From: a virus
IMG/VR virus record: IMGVR_UViG_3300037493_002747
Coordinates: 1-64,000 of that record
DNA length: 64,000 bases
Direction: 5' to 3' (one strand)
Shown here one piece after another: positions 9,668 through 18,142 of the stretch (the stretch's first letter is position 1; each line of letters starts with the position of its first letter). The notes under the pieces are model-generated. The model was not told the DNA's origin, did not search any database, and saw only the letters and a program-made list of their open reading frames with translations. A program made the translations under genes and the position numbers.

Positions 9668-9984
9668 AGACTCTGAATCAGGCGTTCAAGGCGGCGAACA
9701 AAGGCCCGGTGTCGGTGGATAAACACCTGATGATCGTGGCGGCTGACGGTGACTATCTGGCTCGGATTGATGCCAGTGAAGGCCGAAAGTGGAGGGCTTC
9801 TGCGGGATTGCTGGTTCATGGATTCAACCAACTTCAGGGATCGGAGAGGGTTCTGTGGAATGCTCTTGAAGTCATCAGGGATTGTCAGATGCCAAAGACG
9901 TATCATCGGACCAAGGAAGAGGTTGTTGCGGAGATCGAGGACCAGATTTTGAAACTCAACCAAGTGAAGGAGATTGGAGAATGA
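9664..9984 (+). CDS. hypothetical protein
   Basis: ATGA overlap; SD AGGAG. Confidence 0.6.
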   Translation: MKTLNQAFKAANKGPVSVDKHLMIVAADGDYLARIDASEGRKWRASAGLLVHGFNQLQGSERVLWNALEVIRDCQMPKTYHRTKEEVVAEIEDQILKLNQVKEIGE

Positions 9985-10238
9985 TCTGCGCGAGATTTCT
10001 TCAAAAGGTTAAGGACATCTTCCGCAGGCCAGATAGGGAGATGGAAGTTCCGAAGGTTGAATTGCGATACATCGATGGTGTAGAGTATTCGGAAAGTTTG
10101 GCCAAGTTGAACCCGAATAACTGTGCTGTGATTGAGAGAACGGCGGACGGAAGATGCGTGGGAGCATGTTACTTCCATATGAAAGATGGCAAGACTTGTC
10201 CTCGTCACGGAGTCGTAAAAACCGGAATCGTAAAATAA
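9981..10238 (+). CDS. hypothetical protein (Cys/His C-terminus)
   Basis: ATGA overlap; SD. Confidence 0.55.
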   Translation: MICARFLQKVKDIFRRPDREMEVPKVELRYIDGVEYSESLAKLNPNNCAVIERTADGRCVGACYFHMKDGKTCPRHGVVKTGIVK

Positions 10239-10249
10239 TTCATATTGTC

Positions 10250-10456
10250 ATGCATGTACCATTGCAAAGAAAAAAGAAGTACAGCAAGTTAAAGCACAAG
10301 GTAGTCTGTTCGTGGAGAGGACACATTCTCATTCCGGTTGAGATGAATGAAGAAGCCCACAAGGCAGTATATCTTCAAAGATACATAGGCGATCTTTATG
10401 AATGCGCCTGTTGTCATGGAAGAACGTATCGATTGAGTGTTGTAGGAAAACAATGA
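10250..10456 (+). CDS. small zinc-ribbon-like protein
   Basis: CxxxGH...CxxC pattern; start uncertain. Confidence 0.4.
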   Translation: MHVPLQRKKKYSKLKHKVVCSWRGHILIPVEMNEEAHKAVYLQRYIGDLYECACCHGRTYRLSVVGKQ

Positions 10457-10485
10457 CCGTATTTTGGCACTGAAATAGCAATGTA
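10457..10485 (+). promoter_or_regulatory. CCGTATT-N14-GCAATGTA motif, copy 6
   Basis: Exact motif. Confidence 0.8.
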
Positions 10486-10504
10486 GTATAAAGGAGACCG
10501 GGAA

Positions 10505-10969
10505 ATGAAAAGGGAAATTTTGAAGGCATTGGTTCGTGAAGGTAAGAAGCCCATGGTACGTCTCACGGGCGAACTGTGGGATGAGTCGTTTGGTCAGGAG
10601 GGAATGATTGCTCGGGTGATATCTGCGGTGGATCAACCTGATGATACTCTGGTCGAATTCGTTTTCGACTACAACGAGAAACGGGACCTCAATCTAACGT
10701 TTGATCAACCGAATTGGTTTCTCCGTTGTGGGGATTCCAGCAAGATGGGTACGGCGATTGAGGCAGGGAAATTCAAAGACCCAACGAATCTTACAGAAGA
10801 AGTGGTGTTTGACGAGAATGAACCGGTGCCTGTCGAATTCATTGAAAAGGAAACACCTCTTGGGGAGTATTTGGAGTCTGACAGCAAAGTCGGTTATGTT
10901 GAGTGGTTGGAGGCGAAGTTGGAAGAACTTGTGCCTAACGCCATGAAGACTTGGAAGAATGGTCTATGA
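10505..10969 (+). CDS. hypothetical protein
   Basis: SD AAGGAG. Confidence 0.7.
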   Translation: MKREILKALVREGKKPMVRLTGELWDESFGQEGMIARVISAVDQPDDTLVEFVFDYNEKRDLNLTFDQPNWFLRCGDSSKMGTAIEAGKFKDPTNLTEEVVFDENEPVPVEFIEKETPLGEYLESDSKVGYVEWLEAKLEELVPNAMKTWKNGL

Positions 10970-11397
10970 GCACAAGACTGACGAAAGGGAAGATGGTGTC
11001 TGCAATTCAGGACATGATGCAGGGATTGGGAATTCCATCGGTTGAGTTTGCAGATGAGAACGGCAATGTAAAAGGACGGATTGACGTTCCGAAGCCGAAG
11101 GATGTTGCTTGTAAGGTTCCTGCGTATGGCGGCGGCATGGTTTCGATCAAGCAGGGAGATCATATCCGTTTGTGGTTGAGAGACGAGTACACCGGGATAT
11201 GGAAGCCCGAAGGGGAAAATGGTAGAGAAGCTGTTGGAAAAGTCATGTGTGTCAGGAAGGACAAATTCATGGCTGGGAGATGGTCGTTGGCGTATCTGGG
11301 GGATAACAGAGACAAGACAGATGGTCCGTCTTCGTGTATTGTGCAAAATTTCCCGAGTGGATGGGCAAGGGTAGTGGAGAAACTCAATGGCAAGTGA
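10966..11397 (+). CDS. hypothetical protein
   Basis: ATGA overlap. Confidence 0.6.
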   Translation: MSTRLTKGKMVSAIQDMMQGLGIPSVEFADENGNVKGRIDVPKPKDVACKVPAYGGGMVSIKQGDHIRLWLRDEYTGIWKPEGENGREAVGKVMCVRKDKFMAGRWSLAYLGDNRDKTDGPSSCIVQNFPSGWARVVEKLNGK

Positions 11398-11605
11398 ACG
11401 GAACAAGTTTCAGGCAGAGACGATGGTTGAGAAGTGTAAGCAATTGCGGCTTCACGTCCGGTGTCATTTGGACAGTTGCAAGAAACATAATCATCCAGAG
11501 ACGCCGGAACAGTGTGAGGACAATGATATTGTATTGCACTTGATGTTAATTGCTAGGGAGTTGGAAATCAGTGAGAAGGCATTGAAAGACCTTTCCAGAG
11601 GGTGA
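11387..11605 (+). CDS. hypothetical protein
   Basis: SD GGAG. Confidence 0.55.
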   Translation: MASERNKFQAETMVEKCKQLRLHVRCHLDSCKKHNHPETPEQCEDNDIVLHLMLIARELEISEKALKDLSRG

Positions 11606-11636
11606 GGTCTAACATAGGATCGAACTAGGAGGTAAA

Positions 11637-11993
11637 GTGATGAACTTTGAAGATTACAAGGTGAAGATTCCATATCCAGACAGACCCAGCAAGCCGATCC
11701 TGGCAAGGATTGCTAAGGGGCATGTTTCGTCCAAGGATGCTCGTGCGTATGCGGACGCTCTTGAGCAGTGGGAAAAGGACATGGAGGTATTCCGCGAGGC
11801 AGAAAAGGTATACCGCCAGGCAGATCATCTGCTTCAGGTACAGTTTCAGAACGATGTATTGAAAGAGAACGGTTTGGGAAACCATCCCAAGGCGGACAAA
11901 GTGTATGCTCTGGCTTGGGAAGAAGGCCATGCTAACGGGTACAGTGAAGTCGCTGATTGGGTGGAAAAACTGGCAGAACTGGTAAAAGACTAA
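11637..11993 (+). CDS. hypothetical phage protein
   Basis: SD AGGAGGT; AWEEGHANGY motif seen in phage hypotheticals. Confidence 0.7.
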   Translation: MMNFEDYKVKIPYPDRPSKPILARIAKGHVSSKDARAYADALEQWEKDMEVFREAEKVYRQADHLLQVQFQNDVLKENGLGNHPKADKVYALAWEEGHANGYSEVADWVEKLAELVKD

Positions 11994-12012
11994 CCGTAGT
12001 GGGATAGGAAGT

Positions 12013-12228
12013 ATGAGTCAACCAAACGTAGAGAAGATTAAGACGTTGATCAAAGTTGGAGAAGCCTTCGTTAAAGAGGTCAAGGCATTACTCGGAGGGT
12101 GGGAATGCAATGAAGTCGTTTTGACGCAACAGGATTGGGATAATGCTGAGGTGGTCAACCATGCAGAATCGTTGATTGAGGATGTTGAGGCAACAATCGC
12201 GGTGATGCGGGAAGAGATCGAAAACTGA
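12013..12228 (+). CDS. hypothetical protein
   Basis: SD AGGA. Confidence 0.6.
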   Translation: MSQPNVEKIKTLIKVGEAFVKEVKALLGGWECNEVVLTQQDWDNAEVVNHAESLIEDVEATIAVMREEIEN

Positions 12229-12238
12229 AAAAGACTAA

Positions 12239-12267
12239 CCGTATTCTGGACAGATTTTAGCAATGTA
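12239..12267 (+). promoter_or_regulatory. CCGTATT-N14-GCAATGTA motif, copy 7
   Basis: Exact motif. Confidence 0.8.
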
Positions 12268-12285
12268 TGGATGGAGGGCACAACA

Positions 12286-13176
12286 ATGCTGACAGACATA
12301 CAGAATATGATTGATGAGAAGTTGGTTGAACCGACTGGTGGCAAAATGACCGAATCGAAGCTTTTGAGTGAGTGTGGACCTGTTTTGGTCGTAGATGGTA
12401 CGCCTGGTGAGCAATATCAGGTGGAGATTGAGCCGGGAGACTATCTGGTGATTCGGGCTGGAGCTACGGCGGGTAAGGCATCGGCTCGGTTCAGTCATCC
12501 GAATGTGGCAGCTTCTGGCAAGGTAATCCACGAGTTCAAGCACTATCGGTCTGGAGGAAGCAAGTTCTGGTCGGCACGGGCTGGCGTGGATCACTACTTT
12601 GTGGTTCCTCGTACTGCCGTCAAACTACTCCCGGTGAAGGGTTATTCATACATCCCGGCGGAGATCAATGGCGTCAAGGTTCGATTCAATGTAAGTGGCG
12701 GTACCGCAAATGGATGGACTGATTGGCTGCATACTTCTGTCGTGATCAGTGTGAATCACAAGGTTTCGGACCTGAAGAAGATTGCGGAAGTATCTGTTCG
12801 GAATTCCCCGTTTGAGCCGATTGTCCATAAACCACTGGATGCTGGGGATGAGATTCGTTGGAATCGTCTGGCGTCTCGGTTGTCCAAGGATTTGATCGAG
12901 AAGATTGCAAAGTTGGCGGAGGAGAAGAAGGCTCCAATTGTGAAGTTCCTGCCGGGGTTTGCGGGTAATGAAGGGAGAGTTGTGGAGGTTACTCGCCGGG
13001 CAAAAAAGGTGAATATTGAGACGGAGGCTGGGTTTGTGAAGTCATGGCGCATTGAGTATACTGGGGCCGTGAAGGGGCTGATTCTGGTGATAGACGGTAC
13101 GTGGGGGCGAGTTCGTGCGAAGGTTGGACAGATTGATTGGGCGGCGACGGCTGTCGCCAATGGGATAGCAGCATGA
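12286..13176 (+). CDS. hypothetical protein
   Basis: Long ORF; SD GGAGG. Confidence 0.7.
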   Translation: MLTDIQNMIDEKLVEPTGGKMTESKLLSECGPVLVVDGTPGEQYQVEIEPGDYLVIRAGATAGKASARFSHPNVAASGKVIHEFKHYRSGGSKFWSARAGVDHYFVVPRTAVKLLPVKGYSYIPAEINGVKVRFNVSGGTANGWTDWLHTSVVISVNHKVSDLKKIAEVSVRNSPFEPIVHKPLDAGDEIRWNRLASRLSKDLIEKIAKLAEEKKAPIVKFLPGFAGNEGRVVEVTRRAKKVNIETEAGFVKSWRIEYTGAVKGLILVIDGTWGRVRAKVGQIDWAATAVANGIAA

Positions 13177-13394
13177 AAGCAGCATATGAACGAATAGACA
13201 AGGATGACAAAAAGAAGATTATTTGGGCTGTGGCTGATACATATCGAGAAGCTAGACTTCTTGCATCAAAAAGGGCAACGGGCCATTATGGAGAGAAGGT
13301 AGCCCCCGAATATTTCATGGTTTGTGAGGCTATGCAGGGGTGGGATAAGAAATGTGGCCTTGCCGTGGCAGATTGGAGCATGATTTTTACTTGA
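13173..13394 (+). CDS. hypothetical protein
   Basis: ATGA overlap. Confidence 0.5.
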   Translation: MKAAYERIDKDDKKKIIWAVADTYREARLLASKRATGHYGEKVAPEYFMVCEAMQGWDKKCGLAVADWSMIFT

Positions 13395-13450
13395 GTTTGT
13401 GTCATTTTTTCTTGATATTCCATCCTACTGATAGGACGGGGGATCAATAA

Positions 13451-14200
13451 ATGGACGATTCAAGAATATCAATACTGGCCAATTCTGTTGTCAACGGTAC
13501 ATACCCAAGACTAGAATTGAAGCGGACGATTTTTTGCGAACAAGCTCCAGAGCAGTCTATTCAGGCTTGGGTGGTTGACGGCGAATATGTCCGTACATTC
13601 ATTGATGAAGAGTTTACCAATTTTGGTCAGCACTACCGTTTTCCGTTCATCCCGGAGTATGAGTTCTGGATCGACAAGGAATCGGTTTGCGATGAGACAG
13701 ATTTCTACATAGAGCACCTTAAGGTTGAATGGAATTCGATGCGCCAGGGGAAACCTTACAGTGTGGCGATTGTTGAGGCGGATAATGTCGAAAAGGCGAT
13801 TCGCAGGCTAACAGATGATATCAGCAAGGTGATTGATCCAGTACGCAATGTTGTTGACCCCAAGTTGTTCCGTTTGAGGCTGTTAAAGTCCCTAGAGAAT
13901 GGTGTGAATGTTTGGTTGGTGAATGGTCGTTTGGTTCGGAGCGTACTTCATATTGACTTTACGCAGGGCGGACACCAATATGTCTATGAGTATGTTCCCG
14001 AAGGGGATGTCTGGATTGACAATGATATAGATTGGAATGAGCGAGGGTTCGTGATCTTACATGAACTTCATGAGCGTAATAGGATGGAGCAAGGACTTCC
14101 ATATTCCAAGGCTCACGCAGAATCAAGTGCATTGGAACTGAGTTGCCGGAAACAGATTGATGACTTGCATGATGCGTTGGCGGTAGAAGGCTGGGCGTAA
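13451..14200 (+). CDS. internally duplicated protein with a putative zinc-binding HExxE motif
   Basis: Two similar halves (W.V.G..VR...FT..G.....PE...WID); HELHE...KAH only in the second. Confidence 0.6.
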   Translation: MDDSRISILANSVVNGTYPRLELKRTIFCEQAPEQSIQAWVVDGEYVRTFIDEEFTNFGQHYRFPFIPEYEFWIDKESVCDETDFYIEHLKVEWNSMRQGKPYSVAIVEADNVEKAIRRLTDDISKVIDPVRNVVDPKLFRLRLLKSLENGVNVWLVNGRLVRSVLHIDFTQGGHQYVYEYVPEGDVWIDNDIDWNERGFVILHELHERNRMEQGLPYSKAHAESSALELSCRKQIDDLHDALAVEGWA

Positions 14201-14219
14201 GTTAAGACTGGAGACTTGT

Positions 14220-14681
14220 ATGACTCGTGAATATGCAATTGCTAGCCGGTTGGTTTCTGCTTCGCACCAAAGGAAGGCGGCGACAGTTGACATTGTTCAG
14301 GATAGAATTTCAGAAGCCATAAGGTCTCTGAGTTATCTTCCAGTGGAACACTCTTTCCAGGATAGTCGTCAGGGGAAGATGGCCAAGGATAAGGTCAGCA
14401 AGGCATTGTCTTTATTGGAGGAAGTTCTATCGGACCTGCCGACACCTGTGACATACACGGTATATGGGTTGCCTGGGGTGGGCTCATTCTCCGATGTTCA
14501 GGATTTTGAAAGAGCGTTGGCGGCTAAGGGTATTCGCAAGATTGGTGTGTCAAGAAGCCAGTCTCTCCGTAAAGAATTGCAGGGGCAACCGATGTTTGAT
14601 AGTCTTCTTGGGCCGATGTATGATGGTCCTAAGAAGGTCAGGTATGAGACCTCTGACGTGAATGACACGCTTTCGAGGTAG
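14220..14681 (+). CDS. hypothetical (putative virion-internal) protein
   Basis: SD GGAG; N-terminal IASRLVSA leader. Confidence 0.6.
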   Translation: MTREYAIASRLVSASHQRKAATVDIVQDRISEAIRSLSYLPVEHSFQDSRQGKMAKDKVSKALSLLEEVLSDLPTPVTYTVYGLPGVGSFSDVQDFERALAAKGIRKIGVSRSQSLRKELQGQPMFDSLLGPMYDGPKKVRYETSDVNDTLSR

Positions 14682-14685
14682 GATT

Positions 14686-15558
14686 ATGTCACAGAATGCA
14701 AACGAACGTTCGGGACTGGCCTCAAAGTATCTGCCAGTTACACCACCTAGAAAGAATCTTCATCGCATTGCTATGGACTTATTGGGGATGGCCAAGTCTT
14801 TTCTAGCAGATGATAAATGGGAAGCCCCGGAAGGTGATCGTAAGAATTGGCGGAAACGGAATCAGGATGGCAGTTACGAGTACCGGGAAACTCCGCCAGA
14901 TGGTAATGCCCCAAGTCAGAAGAAGGATGAGTCGCAAGTAAAGATGTCTCCAAAGAATGAGGAGACAGGTGAAAAACCAAAGAAACGAATTCAGTATAAG
15001 TCGTACCTCAAGTTGGATAAACCTAAGCTGCAAGAGATTCTCACAAAGGGACATTATTCGCTAATATCGGCTGGCAAGAATAGTAGTGATCCCAAAGAAG
15101 CACTGATGAAAGCAGATGACGAGTTTTTCCATAAGAGACATGAGGAATTGAGAGGTGAGTTGGAGAAGGCTGGACTTCCTTACACGGAAGTAGTTGGACA
15201 TTATGGCGGAGGAAAGGAAAACACATTCTTGGTGTTTCACGATGATACTGAACTTACTCCGAAAACGGAAAAAGCCATAATGGTACATCATCGAGACGAA
15301 GATGATGCTAAGAAGAATCGGACGATTCTGAATGACATGGGAAAGAAGTTCAATCAAGAGAGCGTCCTACATGCCGGTAATGGTAGGAATGATATGTCTT
15401 TCACAACTGGTCCGAAGGCAGGAGTAACTTGTGGCGGCAATGGGTGGAATGAATCTGATGACGCTCTTGACAATTACACGGATATTGAATTGGAAGGAAC
15501 AAAACACACGAAGTTTCAGTTAGACATACGGGAGTGTTTTGAAAGGGGACTGTTGTGA
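14686..15558 (+). CDS. hypothetical phage protein (DUF3293-like C-terminal domain)
   Basis: ISA...GHY...E.TFLV...GKKFNQESVL pattern. Confidence 0.55.
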   Translation: MSQNANERSGLASKYLPVTPPRKNLHRIAMDLLGMAKSFLADDKWEAPEGDRKNWRKRNQDGSYEYRETPPDGNAPSQKKDESQVKMSPKNEETGEKPKKRIQYKSYLKLDKPKLQEILTKGHYSLISAGKNSSDPKEALMKADDEFFHKRHEELRGELEKAGLPYTEVVGHYGGGKENTFLVFHDDTELTPKTEKAIMVHHRDEDDAKKNRTILNDMGKKFNQESVLHAGNGRNDMSFTTGPKAGVTCGGNGWNESDDALDNYTDIELEGTKHTKFQLDIRECFERGLL

Positions 15559-15881
15559 TGTCTACTCGAATCTCAGAGGAAATTTTGGCGATAGCAGATG
15601 AACTGCAAGCACAGCCAAAGGAGAATCCACCATTCAAGCGGGATGAAGAAGGATATGCCACGGTCACTTTCAAGATCAAAGGTGACGCCCTGAATGAACT
15701 CTTGAAACTCATAAAACAGTGTGAGTATATGGGGAATATAGGGCATTCTTTTTCAATCGTTGTTGATCCCAGAGGTGGTAAAGATCGTAGACGCAATATT
15801 GGGTTCGACGGAGATGGGTCAGATCGAGTGAAGGACATTCTGGTGAATGGTGAGCCTTTACCGGAGAAGTTCGACTGGTAA
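15555..15881 (+). CDS. hypothetical protein
   Basis: GTGA overlap; RISEEILAIADELQA leader. Confidence 0.6.
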   Translation: MMSTRISEEILAIADELQAQPKENPPFKRDEEGYATVTFKIKGDALNELLKLIKQCEYMGNIGHSFSIVVDPRGGKDRRRNIGFDGDGSDRVKDILVNGEPLPEKFDW

Positions 15882-15892
15882 TGGAGGTGAAT

Positions 15893-16219
15893 ATGAGAAT
15901 TGGAAACATGCTCTCTAATATTGCATATGGAATATCTGGTACAAAGGTGTGTTGGGTTCGTGATGGTTCCGCTGTTTCGATTATGGCTATTCTTCCAGAG
16001 TCGAATCGGATGGCAAATAGAGAACAGTCTATTCGACTAGCAGAGAAGGCGGAACGAATAGCAGAACGAGAAGCTTCTCGCATTGGTGTTGTTATTAAGA
16101 CGGGTGCATTTATGGGTGGCGAGGGCAATGGACACATCCAAGCAACCGGCGTTGCTGAAATACCTTGGGCTCCAGACATTGAACATAGGCTATCTCTTGT
16201 CGGAATACATGAAGGTTGA
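15893..16219 (+). CDS. hypothetical protein
   Basis: SD GGAGGTG. Confidence 0.6.
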   Translation: MRIGNMLSNIAYGISGTKVCWVRDGSAVSIMAILPESNRMANREQSIRLAEKAERIAEREASRIGVVIKTGAFMGGEGNGHIQATGVAEIPWAPDIEHRLSLVGIHEG

Positions 16220-16301
16220 TTTTTTTTACAAATACTTCCCTTGTGAGTGTATAATGTTAGTGTTCCCGCAGTAATGGGACTAACACTTAAAGGGAGATAA
16301 T

Positions 16302-16682
16302 ATGAGTCAGACCAAAGCGCAGCGCAAGAAACAACAAAAGTCGAAGTCGCGTGAGAAGCAGATCAAGAAAAACAGGAACATTCTGCGGAATGTTGCTGTA
16401 AAGAGATTCCGTCTTGATGTGCATATGGGGGATGATTGGAAGATTGGAGTACGACAGTGGTCCAATATTCAGCAGGTAGAAGCTCATAGAGTAGAAACTG
16501 AAGCTCGTCGTGCCAAGGGCGAGGAGATTCTGATGGGTCGGGTGGTTGATATGGCCATTGGCAATGGCAAGGTGATCTTGAACATTCCTGGAGCAACGCC
16601 AAAGCCAAAGGGTATGGCACCTGACAAGATCGCAGATGGTGCAAAGGCTTGGGATTGTGAGTACGATTCTGGCACCAAGTAA
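16302..16682 (+). CDS. basic hypothetical protein
   Basis: SD AGGGAG; upstream TATAAT; K/R-rich N-terminus. Confidence 0.65.
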   Translation: MSQTKAQRKKQQKSKSREKQIKKNRNILRNVAVKRFRLDVHMGDDWKIGVRQWSNIQQVEAHRVETEARRAKGEEILMGRVVDMAIGNGKVILNIPGATPKPKGMAPDKIADGAKAWDCEYDSGTK

Positions 16683-16700
16683 GAAACTCTGAAAATTTCT

Positions 16701-16729
16701 CCGTATTTTGCAGGGCGGTTGGCAATGTA
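16701..16729 (+). promoter_or_regulatory. CCGTATT-N14-GCAATGTA motif, copy 8 (head of ncRNA island)
   Basis: Exact motif. Confidence 0.8.
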
Positions 16730-16739
16730 TGGATGTGCG

Positions 16740-16907
16740 GATGTTCTACTGAGGATTCGGGCGTTGTTATAGCAAACCGAGTCATTGGTTTAGCGGCCAA
16801 CAAGACAGGGGCGTAAGGCGACAACGAAAAGTGGTTTAGCGGCCTCTCCCGAGTCTTCAGTAGAGCATCTGAGTGTGAGGCGATAAAGTGGGTTCAATTC
16901 CCATCAG
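16740..16907 (+). ncRNA. structured ncRNA with a 22-bp closing stem plus a T-arm-like hairpin
   Basis: 16740-16761 pairs with 16848-16869 (three G-U pairs, so + strand); duplicated TGGTTTAGCGGCC; GTGGG-TTCAATT-CCCAT. Confidence 0.55.
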
Positions 16908-16970
16908 TAGTAGGGTCAGCCCGAACCTGGGACGGTATGGATCGTGGCTTTACATGTTCTTTGACAATTT

Positions 16971-17327
16971 GAGACGAGTGATGGGTGGTAGGCTCAGAAG
17001 CAGCCATCCATAAAAAGTGAGTCGCTGAGTTCTAATCCGTGAGAGCCGCTGGAAAAGTGGCTAGTCGGATAGGCGAACAGAGATTGGGTAGGCGGGACGG
17101 GACCCGATGTCAGGACTTGTAGTGTTGTAGTCTAAAGCTGTAGATTTTTACGGCATAAAGTCTACTGTAGCTCAGTCTTGAGTGTACTGCTCTGTTGTGC
17201 GGCGTTAGAAGGTTGCGGCTTCCATGGAAGATGTAGAAAGTTCGTGTGGTTGACTTAGTATCTTCCAAGGCCAAACTCAACTGCATGGTGGACTCTTTGG
17301 CGTAATAGCAAACCCATCACAAGTCTT
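16971..17327 (+). ncRNA. ncRNA containing a 23S rRNA H43/H44 (uL11-binding) mimic
   Basis: TGGTAGGCTCAGAAGCAGCCATCCA and GCGTAATAGC closed by a GTGATGGG/CCCATCAC stem. Confidence 0.7.
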
Positions 17328-17421
17328 TTCTGGGATCAGTCGTGGAGCTAAGAATGTTAAAAACATTTGGACTAAGAAGCGACTCAAGTCATGGCTATGA
17401 AAGTGGGCCATGAGATTCCAG

Positions 17422-17610
17422 CGGACCATCAGCGAGCCGAATTACGCTGGGATGAAGCGAGTTGCAAAAGCGGCAAGCGGATTCCGAATAGAGTCGGTGG
17501 GATCGAGATCTGATTGGATTCGGTGGGTTCCTGTTCTGATTAGAGTAGTCTGATTAGATTCGGTGGGTTCCTGTTCTGATTAGAAGATCATCCCGTAAAC
17601 TTGTGGTCCG
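17422..17610 (+). ncRNA. putative structured ncRNA with an internal tandem repeat
   Basis: CGGACCA/TGGTCCG and GGGATGA/TCATCCC long-range stems; followed by a T-tract. Confidence 0.4.
17509..17584. repeat. two 36-nt direct repeats (period 40)
   Basis: TCTGATTRGATTCGGTGGGTTCCTGTTCTGATTAGA at 17509 and 17549. Confidence 0.9.
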
Positions 17611-17639
17611 GTCTTTTTTGAATCTCGTGATAACAGAAG

Positions 17640-18040
17640 TTAAATCTCCTGTAGTATGCCAAGTTGTATAGGTATAGGAGATTCTTATGCGGCAAGACGG
17701 TTTCTAAGCCCGTCTACGAGCATTTTTGTAGCATTGTGTGCAAACCCGACAGGAGAGGCACACGACAAGCGCAGATAGAAAAGGCCGCTCATGGCTCGTG
17801 AATAGGGAAGAGAGAGGTCGTAGGGTGTACAACCGAAAACCCAATCTTGTCTAGCTTAGATGGTGGAGGGTGACGGGGAAACCTGTCGCCCCTGACTCGA
17901 AAGGGCGTTCGTGGAAATCGAACTAGACCTGTGATGGCGACCGTAGCACCACAGAGACGAGTAGCAGGTCGAAATAAACGTGGATCGGTGACAGTCGGGA
18001 GAGTACCGACAACTTTTTTGTTAGGTTTTGCTGTCTGTGG
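17640..18040 (+). ncRNA. putative large multi-branched ncRNA(s)
   Basis: No credible ORF; nested helices and GNRA-type loops. Confidence 0.4.
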
Positions 18041-18084
18041 GTATAATGACTCATGGAGAAAAGAAGTGTGTGATGATTTTTCTT

Positions 18085-18113
18085 CCGTATTTGACACGGA
18101 GTGTGGCAATGTA
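18085..18113 (+). promoter_or_regulatory. CCGTATT-N14-GCAATGTA motif, copy 9 (upstream of tmRNA)
   Basis: Exact motif. Confidence 0.8.
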
Positions 18114-18142
18114 GTGTCAGATTTGATTGTTCTTTGATATAT

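Noticed and set aside
4516-12267. Dispersed motif read as CRISPR repeats or attC-like cassette sites
   Set aside because: Not palindromic, central 14 nt variable, always just upstream of starts; fits a promoter better
16971-17327. Genuine rRNA gene or pseudogene
   Set aside because: Only H43/H44 are present; flanks are unrelated and the helices are rebuilt with different sequence
17509-17584. Possible CRISPR array (36-nt repeats)
   Set aside because: Only two copies, 4 nt apart; no spacers and no cas genes
17689-17700. GCGGCAAGACGG, a 12-nt match to 23S rRNA near the peptidyl-transferase centre
   Set aside because: A 12-mer match is plausible by chance at this search size, and the local pairing differs from rRNA
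17940-17985. RNase P RNA (CCACAGAGAC...AGCAGGTCGAAATA resemblance)
   Set aside because: No GAGGAAAGTCC or matching 3' P4 strand found
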